Source of the DNA: a virus
Taxonomy: Duplodnaviria > Caudoviricetes
Length of the DNA: 33,085 nucleotides
Virus record (IMG/VR): IMGVR_UViG_3300020044_009089
Location: 1 to 33,085 of that record
Strand: one strand, 5' to 3'
Shown here: piece after piece, positions 16,171 through 24,474 of the stretch
Numbering within the stretch: the stretch's first letter is position 1
Layout of the letters: each line of letters opens with the position of its first letter
Notes under the pieces: generated by a model
What the model saw: the letters and a program-made list of their open reading frames with translations, nothing else
Told to the model about the DNA's origin: nothing
Database searches by the model: none
Position numbers and translations under genes: made by a program

Positions 16171-18459
16171 TTACATTTTTATGAGCTCGACGGTGCAGGG
16201 TCGCCCCGGCACCCAGTCGGCTAGCTTTTGGATATAGAAGTATGCGCCGAAGGGCTCAAGGTACACGGGCACCCGGAAGTCGAGCTGGTACACGTCGCTC
16301 GCGTCGAGCACCACGGTGGCGTTGAGCTCCCGCAGCGGGTTGGTGATGAATTGAAGCCAGTACCAATGTACCGGCCAAAGGTTCTCGAAGCCCAGCGCCC
16401 GGTTGGGCGTGCTACCGGGCACGACGCCAAAGTAGGTAAGAGGTACGTTTTGGCTGCGCTGGTTGTAGACGGTGCCGTCGCGCTTGAAGTAGCTCATGTC
16501 GCCCAGCACGTCGTCCACCCGGTTAAGGTACAGCAGGCGCTGCTTGGCGCTGCCACTGGTGGCGAACTCGCCCGCCGTGTTGAGGCGCCGGATGAGCGGC
16601 GCGGTGTAGATGTCGGGGGTGATTGTGACCTGCTCCCACCGTTGCCAGTCGTCGCTGCTTGCAATGGCTAGCTGCACCACGTCCTTGCTAGCCGGTAGGG
16701 TCGTGTCGTCGACGCTGAAGGTGTGGCTGCCCATGATCGTGCCCTCAGCCTCCTCATTGATAAAGCGCAGGGTGCTGGCTTGCCCGTATAGGTTTGAGCG
16801 CGTTGACCACTTGACCGCCTGCGGGTTGGCTAGCTTGGCCGTCCAGTCCTTGGCCTCGCCGATATTTTGGTACAGCTTTTTGAACTGAAAAAACTCGACC
16901 TGCCGGCGGGTTTCGTCCACCAGCAGGATGCACCCGAAGGCCTGCGCCAGCATCTTGAGCCACCCGGCCACGGTCACCTGAGGCAGGCCGGTAGTGCCAC
17001 TCACCCACGCACGTGTCGCACGGCGCGGTGGGTAGTTGGGCGGGCTCCAAAGGAACCAGCCGGCATTGATGCCGGGAATGTTGCCCAGCTGCCAGCCCAC
17101 GACGCACTGGTACACGTTGCCGGTGTAGGTCACCAGGTCGCCCTCCTCGTACTCGGTCGTCGCTGACCACACCCGCACGTTGTCGGGGTAGGTGAAGCGC
17201 ACCTCGCGCTCCTCCTCGGTGGTGCCGCGATCGCGTAGCCACTGCACGTTGGTGGTGAGGTTGGTGGTGGTGATGGCTGCGCCGTTGCTATTGTACAGCA
17301 CGCGCCAGCTCCGGTGTGCGTCGCACTTGAGGGTGAAGGCTAGCCAAAAGGTGTACGTGCCCGCCGGCATGCCGCTGCCGCTGAAGTTGAGCGTGCCCGC
17401 TGCCGGTTGGTACACCGCGCCGTTGGCCACCAGGGTGAACTCGCCGAGCAGGTCGGTGGCGTTGGTGGTGAGGCCGCTAGCCGACGGGGTGAAGGCCGCC
17501 GCCGGTGCGCTGCCGAAGCTAGCCGTGCCGTAGATAGTCACCCGGATGTCGGAGCGGTCGGCGGTTTGAGGCTGTTGCAGCAGCCAGTACTCGTTGGGGC
17601 CGGGTGTGGCCGTCACCGGCAGGATGCCACCGCCTAGCCGGTAGCCGTTGGGTAGCCCGGTCGGCAGGGTTTCGGTCAGCTTGAGGTTAGTATTGTTTAC
17701 CGTCAAGGCCGGCGCTATCGCGTACAGCTCGTATGTGTTGCGCCCTCGGTAGTTGGTGTCGCGGGTGAACTTGGCACCGCTGAAGGGCCAGATGAGGTCG
17801 GTGAGCAGGTCGGTCGGTACGCCGTTGATCGGGTACTGCGGGTCGGTGATGTCGCCGGTAAAGGTATAGCCCAGCTCGGCCTCAAGGCAGGCCAGCACGT
17901 AGCGGGTAAAGCTCGCCGGAAACAAGCGGTTGAGGTACACGCCGCTGGTGATGGTCGTGCTGGGAAGCCATTGCGCCTCGCCGGTGTAGTCGATACATGG
18001 GTAGATGTACTGCACCGCGCCACCGCCTTGGTCGGCGCTGTTAAATATAGCCGCGTTGCTGTATAGGTGTTCACCTGCGCCCATGGGCACGTCGTGCAAG
18101 TTGACCGCGTTGGCAAGTTGAAAAAACGGCCCGTTGTCAAGGTAGAATGTAAGCCGTATTTCGGTCGGACTTATGCCGTCGTTTTCTATTATGAGGTTGC
18201 CCACGCCCAGCTCCATGCCGTCGATTACTAGCCGCGCCGCCGTACTCCGGTAAGGGAAGCGGGTGGCGCTTTGGAAGGTAAAGCTGCCCTCAAGCAGGCG
18301 CTGATTTCGGTCGGTTGCCGGCACCGTAAAGCTGCGGCTGAAGCTCCCGAGCTTTGCGTCAAGGTCGCCGATGTTTTGCACCTGCCGGGTGAGCGGTATG
18401 GTCGTGTCGCCGGTGATGTCCAGCGGCTCGTCGTTTACATAGAGCCAAACGTCTGCCAT
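16171..18459 (-). CDS. Tail tip/hub protein (Tal-like, 762 aa) with an inserted CBM5/12-like motif
   Basis: N-terminal SFSRSFTVPAT..N..L; C-terminal LDFRVPVYL....FYIQKL.DW...CTVELIK; WSATTEYEEGDLVTYTGNVY insert. Confidence 0.7.
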   Translation of the reverse strand: MADVWLYVNDEPLDITGDTTIPLTRQVQNIGDLDAKLGSFSRSFTVPATDRNQRLLEGSFTFQSATRFPYRSTAARLVIDGMELGVGNLIIENDGISPTEIRLTFYLDNGPFFQLANAVNLHDVPMGAGEHLYSNAAIFNSADQGGGAVQYIYPCIDYTGEAQWLPSTTITSGVYLNRLFPASFTRYVLACLEAELGYTFTGDITDPQYPINGVPTDLLTDLIWPFSGAKFTRDTNYRGRNTYELYAIAPALTVNNTNLKLTETLPTGLPNGYRLGGGILPVTATPGPNEYWLLQQPQTADRSDIRVTIYGTASFGSAPAAAFTPSASGLTTNATDLLGEFTLVANGAVYQPAAGTLNFSGSGMPAGTYTFWLAFTLKCDAHRSWRVLYNSNGAAITTTNLTTNVQWLRDRGTTEEEREVRFTYPDNVRVWSATTEYEEGDLVTYTGNVYQCVVGWQLGNIPGINAGWFLWSPPNYPPRRATRAWVSGTTGLPQVTVAGWLKMLAQAFGCILLVDETRRQVEFFQFKKLYQNIGEAKDWTAKLANPQAVKWSTRSNLYGQASTLRFINEEAEGTIMGSHTFSVDDTTLPASKDVVQLAIASSDDWQRWEQVTITPDIYTAPLIRRLNTAGEFATSGSAKQRLLYLNRVDDVLGDMSYFKRDGTVYNQRSQNVPLTYFGVVPGSTPNRALGFENLWPVHWYWLQFITNPLRELNATVVLDASDVYQLDFRVPVYLEPFGAYFYIQKLADWVPGRPCTVELIKM

Positions 18460-18461
18460 GG

Positions 18462-19997
18462 TTAGTTGCGCACGCTATAAAGGTCCGGCAGGGCGATGCT
18501 CACCTCCACCTCAAAGTTGCCCGAATTGGTAAAGTATTTGAAGCCCTTGGGCAGCATGCGCACCGCTAGCCACGCCCGATCGGGGTATATGCCGCTCAGC
18601 TGCGGCGCGTCCCAAAGCATGTACACCTGGGGGCTGCGCTCGATTTCGGCCAGCCCGGTAAGGGTAATTTCGTCGACCAGGTCGCCCAAGGTGAGCACCT
18701 TGACCTGGTTGGCTTGAATGATACGGCTGCGGGCGTTGGCCGCTTGCAGGTCGGGCACGTAAAGCTCGAAGGCCGCCGCCTGGGCTGCCGTGTAGCTCAC
18801 CTCGTGCCGCTTGTCAAATAGCCAGTAGTCCCACCCGCCCAGGCTGTTGCGCCAGCATAGGTACACCGGGAAGGGGTGGCACTCGAGGTTGTTGCGCAGC
18901 GTCAGCGTTTCGGTAACTTGGAATGGCGACACGGGCACCGGCGACACGTCGAGGGTGTAGCCTGCCGCCACGTAGCCGGCCACTAGGGCAAAGTTGCCCG
19001 AGGTGCCAAAGTTCTCGAGGTACATGGGGCTGGTGCTGGTGGTCGGCATGTCGCTAGGGTTGATCGCGTACACGCCCGTCCCGTTGGTGTTGTCAAGGAT
19101 GCCGATGGCGGCACCGTCCACCACCAGGTTGATGTCCTGCCGCGCCGTGTCTTGGTTAATTAGCGCCGATACGCTGAAGGGATAGCCGATAAAGCGGGTA
19201 GGCTCGGGGAAGGCGGTGAGCCACCGCGCTGGGTAGGCCGCCGCCTCCGGCACTAGGTACTCCGCAAAGTTTGAGCCGTAGCGGTCGAGTAGGTATTGCA
19301 CGCCGTCGATGGCGTAGAACGTGTACGGCTCCGCTGGCCCGGTGCCGATGACCTCGTCGGTCACGGTGCTGCGCTCGCGGTCGGCGTAGAACGTGTCGCC
19401 GAACTTGGCTGTAAAGCTCAGCCAGCTAGCCGGGTCGAGCTCGTTTATGCCGGTGTAGGTGTTGCGGTTTTGCTTGTCGATGCCGTAGGTGAGCAGCTCG
19501 CGCACGTCGAGCTTCAGCACGCCGAGGCTGTCGGGTGTGCCCACTGCCGTGCCGAGGCTGACCGTGCCCAGCAGGGGGCTGGTGCCGGTGAGGGCCATGC
19601 GGATGCGGTAGGCTTGGATGGCGGCAAACACTAGGTAGCCACCACCCACGATTGTGCCGAACACGTCGAAGGGTATGTCGGTTTGCAGGCGCTTCATGCT
19701 GGCGTCCCACTGCGCTAGGGCGGTGATAGTGCCGGTGCGGCTTTCGCCGTTTTGGTTTACTATGGTCACCTTGGTGCCCCGCAGCGCTGTGCTATTTAGG
19801 TAGTTGACCGGGTTGCCATTACTGAAGCCCGGCTCGAGGCTGGTGATTTCGACAAAGCCGCCCTTGTCGGCTAGCGTGTCCCAAGGTGCGTCGCGCCGGT
19901 AGAACGTAAAAATATACGGCTGCCGGTTTGAAGCCCAGCGGCTAATTTCGCCGGTGTATTGGTGTACGCGCTCGGGTATTATGTATTGGATGCTCAT
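18462..19997 (-). CDS. Tail tip structural protein (Dit/hub-like, 511 aa)
   Basis: Start MSIQYI at 19997 (ATGA overlap); YLCWRNSLGGWDYWLF and IERSPQVY motifs. Confidence 0.65.
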   Translation of the reverse strand: MSIQYIIPERVHQYTGEISRWASNRQPYIFTFYRRDAPWDTLADKGGFVEITSLEPGFSNGNPVNYLNSTALRGTKVTIVNQNGESRTGTITALAQWDASMKRLQTDIPFDVFGTIVGGGYLVFAAIQAYRIRMALTGTSPLLGTVSLGTAVGTPDSLGVLKLDVRELLTYGIDKQNRNTYTGINELDPASWLSFTAKFGDTFYADRERSTVTDEVIGTGPAEPYTFYAIDGVQYLLDRYGSNFAEYLVPEAAAYPARWLTAFPEPTRFIGYPFSVSALINQDTARQDINLVVDGAAIGILDNTNGTGVYAINPSDMPTTSTSPMYLENFGTSGNFALVAGYVAAGYTLDVSPVPVSPFQVTETLTLRNNLECHPFPVYLCWRNSLGGWDYWLFDKRHEVSYTAAQAAAFELYVPDLQAANARSRIIQANQVKVLTLGDLVDEITLTGLAEIERSPQVYMLWDAPQLSGIYPDRAWLAVRMLPKGFKYFTNSGNFEVEVSIALPDLYSVRN

Positions 19998-20467
19998 GGC
20001 TTGAAGGCTTGCACGATGTCGCTGGCCGTTTCGCGCTCGGCGATTATGCCGACGCCCTCGGTGATGAGGGCGATGCGCTTGTCGGTGATTATTTTGGTGT
20101 AGATGTCCCTCCGGATGCCCAGGCGGTGCAGCCGGGTGCCCTTCTCGTGTATGGTTTTCACGATGCCGGGCACTCGGCTCTCGGGTATGCCACGGGCCGC
20201 AGCCCACTCCTTAATTGCACGGAACACCTCACCGTTGCCGTCGCGCTTGGTGGGGCCACGCCCCTGCTCGACAAAAGCCCAGCCCGTGCCGCCGGTCAGC
20301 AGAAACTGCACGGCGTTGGGGCTGAAGGTGATGCTGTACGTTAAGCTCCGGCTAGTTTTGCCGGTGGCGTTGGCACCGGATGCCGCCATGCTAGCTTGCA
20401 GGTCGGTGATTAGCGACCGCCCAGCACGCTCCAGCGCTGCCCGTACCTTGTCTTGGTTTAGGGGCAT
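19994..20467 (-). CDS. Neck/tail completion protein (HK97 gp10-like)
   Basis: ATGKTSRSL, FVEQGRGP, IKEWAAARGI and IHEKGT motifs. Confidence 0.7.
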   Translation of the reverse strand: MPLNQDKVRAALERAGRSLITDLQASMAASGANATGKTSRSLTYSITFSPNAVQFLLTGGTGWAFVEQGRGPTKRDGNGEVFRAIKEWAAARGIPESRVPGIVKTIHEKGTRLHRLGIRRDIYTKIITDKRIALITEGVGIIAERETASDIVQAFKP

Positions 20468-20910
20468 TGGTAGTTGATTGTTTCGGTGATGCCAATGGTG
20501 AAGGTGAACACGTAGCCGGCCACGTTGTCGTCGTATTCATGCAGCACCTCGCGCCGGCTCACCTGCCCGATGGCCCGTTTGTTGAGCGGGTGCCGGTTTA
20601 GGTTGGTCATAAAGCGCAGGTATATGCCCTGCACCACCTCCATGGTGTCAAGGTAGGCCTCGGTCGCCGCCTCGTTGTTGGCAATGTCGGCGGTGTAGTC
20701 GGCCAAGGCCGTCACCTCGCCGATGACCTCGTACACGCTAGTCACCGCACCGCTTTGGTGCAGCGTGTCGACCGGGTTAATGAGGTGCACCCAGATGCGC
20801 GGGTACTCGCTGCCCTCCAGGTTGCTGTACGCTTTGGCGCCGCGCCCGTAGTGGGTGACGCCCTCGGTGGCTAGCGCCACGCTTTTGAGTATTTGCTCTA
20901 TTGCCCTCAT
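20458..20910 (-). CDS. Probable tail terminator protein (150 aa)
   Basis: Size and position; YPRIWV and DDNVAGYVFTFTI pattern. Confidence 0.55.
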   Translation of the reverse strand: MRAIEQILKSVALATEGVTHYGRGAKAYSNLEGSEYPRIWVHLINPVDTLHQSGAVTSVYEVIGEVTALADYTADIANNEAATEAYLDTMEVVQGIYLRFMTNLNRHPLNKRAIGQVSRREVLHEYDDNVAGYVFTFTIGITETINYQCP

Positions 20911-21179
20911 GTGTCGCCCCGGTTTATGAGCTTGTTAAGTCGCTTTTGATACCGCGCCTCCTCAGCTTTGCGTGCTAAAGTAGTGAACGCCTCCGAATAG
21001 CTGAGGTTGAAAACGGCCTCGTACTTGGTCGGGTCGCCACCGGCTAGCGTGTATATGCTGTTGAACTCCGCGAAGCGCTCAAAGTTAGCGGCTCCGGCCT
21101 CTATTTCTATTGCATCGCTTTGAACCTTCAGCTGTGTGGCCTCGGCTTCCGATATACGGCGTAGCCACTCAAAAAAAAA
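20907..21179 (-). CDS. Tail assembly chaperone C-terminal extension (gpGT-like), reached by a -1 frameshift
   Basis: The -1 frame reads FFFEWLRRISEAE...IYTLAGGDPTKYEAVFNL, has no plausible start of its own, and its stop overlaps the next ATG. Confidence 0.7.
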   Translation of the reverse strand, partial: FFFEWLRRISEAEATQLKVQSDAIEIEAGAANFERFAEFNSIYTLAGGDPTKYEAVFNLSYSEAFTTLARKAEEARYQKRLNKLINRGDT

Positions 21180-21691
21180 GCGGCTTCGGGGTATGCGTCG
21201 ACCACCGGCATGTCGAGCACCTGCGCCTGCACCAGCTTGACGTGGCGGTCGTCCCATTTGCCGTCGGGGTGTAGTGCCGGCGCATAGTAGCAGGCAATGG
21301 TCGGCGCCACCAGCGTCCAATGGTCGGCCTCGGTGGCCATTGCCGCACCGACTAGCTGCTGCATGTACAGCCGTTGGCCGAAGCGCTCGCGCCCGGGGTC
21401 GTCGATGGGCTCCAGCTCCTGCCCTGCCAGCCGGATGCGATCCGGTCTGGGCAAGGCGAAAAGGTCGAGGGGCTCGCTTATGAAGGCTAGCTCGGGTACC
21501 AGCTCGAGCTTGACGGCGTCGCATGGCAAGTTAGCAAGCAGCTCGATGGGCAAGCGGGTGAAAACGGCCAGCAGGCCGATGTGGTCAAGGCCTCCGGCCT
21601 GCTCAGCCATTGCTATCCATTGCCCGAGGGTCACCTCCTGCCAGCTGGTGGGCACCGGGTAGGCGTGGTCGTTGATTACTAGGTCAAGCAT
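21128..21691 (-). CDS. Tail assembly chaperone (gpG-like, 187 aa)
   Basis: VPTSWQEVTLGQW motif; ends shortly after a T9 slippery run. Confidence 0.7.
   Translation of the reverse strand: MLDLVINDHAYPVPTSWQEVTLGQWIAMAEQAGGLDHIGLLAVFTRLPIELLANLPCDAVKLELVPELAFISEPLDLFALPRPDRIRLAGQELEPIDDPGRERFGQRLYMQQLVGAAMATEADHWTLVAPTIACYYAPALHPDGKWDDRHVKLVQAQVLDMPVVDAYPEAAFFLSGYAVYRKPRPHS
21171..21179 (-). other. Programmed -1 ribosomal frameshift slippery site (T TTT TTT)
   Basis: A run of nine T on the coding strand links the two overlapping frames by -1. Confidence 0.75.
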
Positions 21692-21698
21692 GGGCGGG

Positions 21699-21914
21699 TC
21701 ACCACTTGCCAATGGGGCAGGTGGCCGAGGGTATTGCTGTTTTTAATGTCATTACGCACCCGCAAAGGTGCACGCGTTGCCCGTCGTGGTCAACGTAGGC
21801 GCCCACCAAGGGCGGCCCGCAGGTGATGCCGGCCACCGGCATGCTTTCGCTGTGCTGGCAGGCGTGACATAGCGCCAGCCGGCGCGTGCGTCGGGGGTTC
21901 TTTTCGGTTTTCAT
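21699..21914 (-). CDS. Small Cys-rich (Zn-binding) protein, CxxC...CGC...CPxGKW type
   Basis: RLALCHAC...LCGCVMTLKT.....CPIGKW. Confidence 0.75.
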   Translation of the reverse strand: MKTEKNPRRTRRLALCHACQHSESMPVAGITCGPPLVGAYVDHDGQRVHLCGCVMTLKTAIPSATCPIGKW

Positions 21915-21915
21915 G

Positions 21916-21991
21916 TTGCGCGGGCCGGTCATGCTCCGGCTCCGTCCCTTGCCTACCGGCGCGGGCGTGCGTCTGGGTACACCACCGCGCA
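21916..21991 (-). ncRNA. 76-nt tRNA-like cloverleaf with a non-canonical anticodon arm and T-loop
   Basis: TGCGCGG/CCGCGCA acceptor; GTGT/GCAC D stem; GCCGG-AGCATGA-CCGGC T arm; fills the intergenic gap. Confidence 0.55.
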
Positions 21992-21994
21992 GGT

Positions 21995-22183
21995 CTAGGC
22001 GCTCAAGCTTTGCAGCACCGTCGCCCGTATGTACTCTTGAAGGCTCAGCCCGGCAAGCTGCGCCTTGCGCTCCAGCGCCAAGGCCTGCACGTCGGTGAAG
22101 CCGACGCTAAAGCGGTACCGGAGGCGGTCGCTGTTTTCCTTGCGTGGCCTGCCGGGGCCTCGCTTTATTCTTTCGGTGCTCAC
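21995..22183 (-). CDS. Ribbon-helix-helix (MobC/CopG-like) protein with an AT-hook-like GRPRK
   Basis: RGPGRPRK...FSVGFT...LERKAQLAGLSLQEYIR; GTGA overlap start. Confidence 0.7.
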   Translation of the reverse strand: MSTERIKRGPGRPRKENSDRLRYRFSVGFTDVQALALERKAQLAGLSLQEYIRATVLQSLSA

Positions 22184-22548
22184 TTTATGCCGCGCAAGTA
22201 TTGAATTTCGCGCACAATTGCAGCCTTGTCGGCGTAGGGTATTATGACTAGGAACTGCTCAGCTAGCGTGGCGTTGTACGCCTCGACCTTGCGGCTCACG
22301 GCGGTGAACTTGGCGTCGGTGTAGCGCACTTTCGGCACGTCAGCCTGCACCGTGTCGAAGGGCAGCAGGTTGATGACCTTGGTGACGCGCTGCACCTCGG
22401 CAAGGTATAGCTTGGCAAGCTCGACCTTGGGCTTACTTAGCAGCACGGCGGTGGTGCTGTCGGGGTTGAGGGTGGTGCTGTCGGGCACCTGGGCGGTGGC
22501 AAGCTGTGCGCTCAGCGCAAAGGTGGCCAAAAGTAGGGAGGGGCTCAT
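22180..22548 (-). CDS. Putative exported protein (Sec signal peptide, 122 aa)
   Basis: MSPSLLLATFALSAQLATA|QVPD: AxA cleavage site followed by Gln. Confidence 0.65.
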   Translation of the reverse strand: MSPSLLLATFALSAQLATAQVPDSTTLNPDSTTAVLLSKPKVELAKLYLAEVQRVTKVINLLPFDTVQADVPKVRYTDAKFTAVSRKVEAYNATLAEQFLVIIPYADKAAIVREIQYLRGIK

Positions 22549-22550
22549 GG

Positions 22551-22973
22551 TTAAAGGTTGGTGATTAGGAAGCCGGCGGCAAGCGCGGCGATTATGAGGT
22601 GCAGCCGGCGGCGCTCCTTGCGGGTTTTCAGCACCAGCGCCCGGTGCTGGGCAGTTTGGTCAAGGATGACCCGCTCGGCCTCGTCCATGTGGCGGTCGCA
22701 CGTGCTTAGCCGGTGGGTGGTCATGGTCAGCAGGCTGTCTTGAATGTCCATTATTTGCTCGTGCAGGATTGCAAGGCTGTCGCACTCCTTGACGTGCAGC
22801 TTGAGGACGTCGTACTGCGCCAGCTCGGCTAGCGCCTGCTCGATTAGGTCGCGCCGGATGCAAAGCATGCCGGTCGGTTTATTGCCCGAGGGTGTCGGCG
22901 GTGTAGCGGTCTGACAGTAGGCGCTCGATGTCAGCGTCAGTATAGCGGCGATAGTCGCGTGCAGCAGCTTCAT
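22551..22973 (-). CDS. Spanin-like protein: signal peptide, coiled coil and C-terminal TM
   Basis: MKLLHATIAAILTLTSSAYC|Q...; C-terminal RRRLHLIIAALAAGFLI; overlaps the preceding gene by about 95 nt. Confidence 0.55.
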   Translation of the reverse strand: MKLLHATIAAILTLTSSAYCQTATPPTPSGNKPTGMLCIRRDLIEQALAELAQYDVLKLHVKECDSLAILHEQIMDIQDSLLTMTTHRLSTCDRHMDEAERVILDQTAQHRALVLKTRKERRRLHLIIAALAAGFLITNL

Positions 22974-23280
22974 GGGCTTGGCGTTTGAGGTTTTGGATGC
23001 GGTCAAGGGTTTCTTGGGTAGTGGTTTCGATGTTTTGCAGGCTGTCGCTCAGCGCCCATACCCGCTTTCGAAACTGGTCGGAGCGCCGGGCGTAGTCGTC
23101 GCGCTCAATTGTGAGCTGCTCGATTTCGCCTTGCAGGTGGTTTATGGTGCCGTTGACCTCGGGGTCGGTGTCGGGCTTTTCGGTGTGGCCGATTAGCCAC
23201 ACCAGTGCGACGGTAGCGGCGATGGCCAGCAGGCCGACCACCACCAAGGTGCGCCCGTAGGGGGTGAGCTTTGTGTTCAT
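22879..23280 (-). CDS. Inner-membrane spanin-like (Rz-like) protein
   Basis: N-terminal TM (LVVVGLLAIAATVALVWLI) followed by a long coiled coil. Confidence 0.6.
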   Translation of the reverse strand: MNTKLTPYGRTLVVVGLLAIAATVALVWLIGHTEKPDTDPEVNGTINHLQGEIEQLTIERDDYARRSDQFRKRVWALSDSLQNIETTTQETLDRIQNLKRQAHEAAARDYRRYTDADIERLLSDRYTADTLGQ

Positions 23281-23285
23281 GCGGT

Positions 23286-23293
23286 CAAAAATA
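23286..23293 (-). promoter_or_regulatory. TAnnTTTG -7 promoter element
   Basis: TATTTTTG five nt before the ATG at 23280. Confidence 0.65.
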
Positions 23294-23301
23294 ATGGCTT
23301 T

Positions 23302-24474
23302 TTAATTACGTGCCACGATCCGGCTGCGAATTTTTGCCCCGTCCTGCCCCACCAGGTACGTGACCGCGTAGCGCGTGGCGTCTTGGGCGTGGTTCCAAAG
23401 GTCTACCGGCACGTTTAGGCTCTTGCCGTCCCGATCGGTGCGCCACCGGTAGTTCCGCGCCTCCTTGATCCAATTGGTGCTGCGCTTGGTCACCACCATG
23501 CGGCGTTGCAGCAGGGTGTCGATGCCGTTGCGCACGCTGTCGGCGCCCTTTTCAGCCGGCACCGCCCGAAGGCCTGCCAGGTTAAGCTCGGCAATTGTGC
23601 GCGGTTCGGCGCTGTCGCACACCAGGATGGCCTTGGCGGTTTCGGGGTCGGCCAGCAGGAAGCGGGCAAGGTCGGCGGTGGTGACGCCGGTGCGGTACAG
23701 CAGTTCGTCGATGTGCAGCACGCCGTCGCTCAGCCGCACGTCGACCACGGCGGTGGGGTCGTTGGTGAAGCCGAAGTCGATGCCGATACACCGGCGGGGG
23801 CTTGCCGGCATGCTGTCGCTGGTCACCCAGTTGGTATAGATTACGCCCTCAAGGTTGCCCACCTCGCCCTCGCCGTACACGCGCCACCAGTTGGGGTCGC
23901 GCTCTTTTCGGGCTTCGATGTCCGCCCGGATAGCGGGGTCGAGCTGGCCGTTGTCGCGGTAGGTGCTTTTGATAAAGACGGTGCGCGGGTCGGGCTCAGC
24001 CAGCAGGTGCTCATGCACCCAAAAAGAGGCCACGGGGTTGAAGTCCAAAAAGGTCGCCACCTTGGTACGCACCGCCAGCTCGTTAAAGGCGTCGAAGGTG
24101 ATGTTGTTGGCCTCGTTTATAAATAGCAGGTCACGGCGTGCGCCGCGTAGCTTGTGGGCTTGGTCAGCCGGGAAAAACTGCACCACGCTGCCAAGCACGT
24201 GCAGCTCGTTGGTGCTCTTGTTATGTATGTCCTCGCTGTACATGCCCTCGGCCCTCATTATGCCGATAAAGTCGCGCATGGCGCCGCGCTTGAGGTGTGG
24301 CAGGCTTTCGGCCACTACGCTGATGAGCAGGCCGGGGCGCTTGGCTGCGATTAGTAGCAGGAGCTGAAGGATGCTGTACGTTTTCGAGCTCGACGTGCCG
24401 CCTTGGTTTACTATGTAGCGGGCGCCGTCGCGGTAGGCCAGCAGGTTGCGCTTGAAAACGGCGGTGGGCTTCAA
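23302..24474 (-). CDS. terL: Terminase large subunit, PBSX/SPP1-like family (probable TTG start, about 390 aa)
   Basis: Walker A QGGTSSSKT; Walker B LLFINEAN; DFNP; nuclease motifs GIDFGFTNDP, CDSAEP and NHAQDATRY; TTGA overlap with the terS stop. Confidence 0.93.
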   Translation of the reverse strand: MKPTAVFKRNLLAYRDGARYIVNQGGTSSSKTYSILQLLLLIAAKRPGLLISVVAESLPHLKRGAMRDFIGIMRAEGMYSEDIHNKSTNELHVLGSVVQFFPADQAHKLRGARRDLLFINEANNITFDAFNELAVRTKVATFLDFNPVASFWVHEHLLAEPDPRTVFIKSTYRDNGQLDPAIRADIEARKERDPNWWRVYGEGEVGNLEGVIYTNWVTSDSMPASPRRCIGIDFGFTNDPTAVVDVRLSDGVLHIDELLYRTGVTTADLARFLLADPETAKAILVCDSAEPRTIAELNLAGLRAVPAEKGADSVRNGIDTLLQRRMVVTKRSTNWIKEARNYRWRTDRDGKSLNVPVDLWNHAQDATRYAVTYLVGQDGAKIRSRIVARN

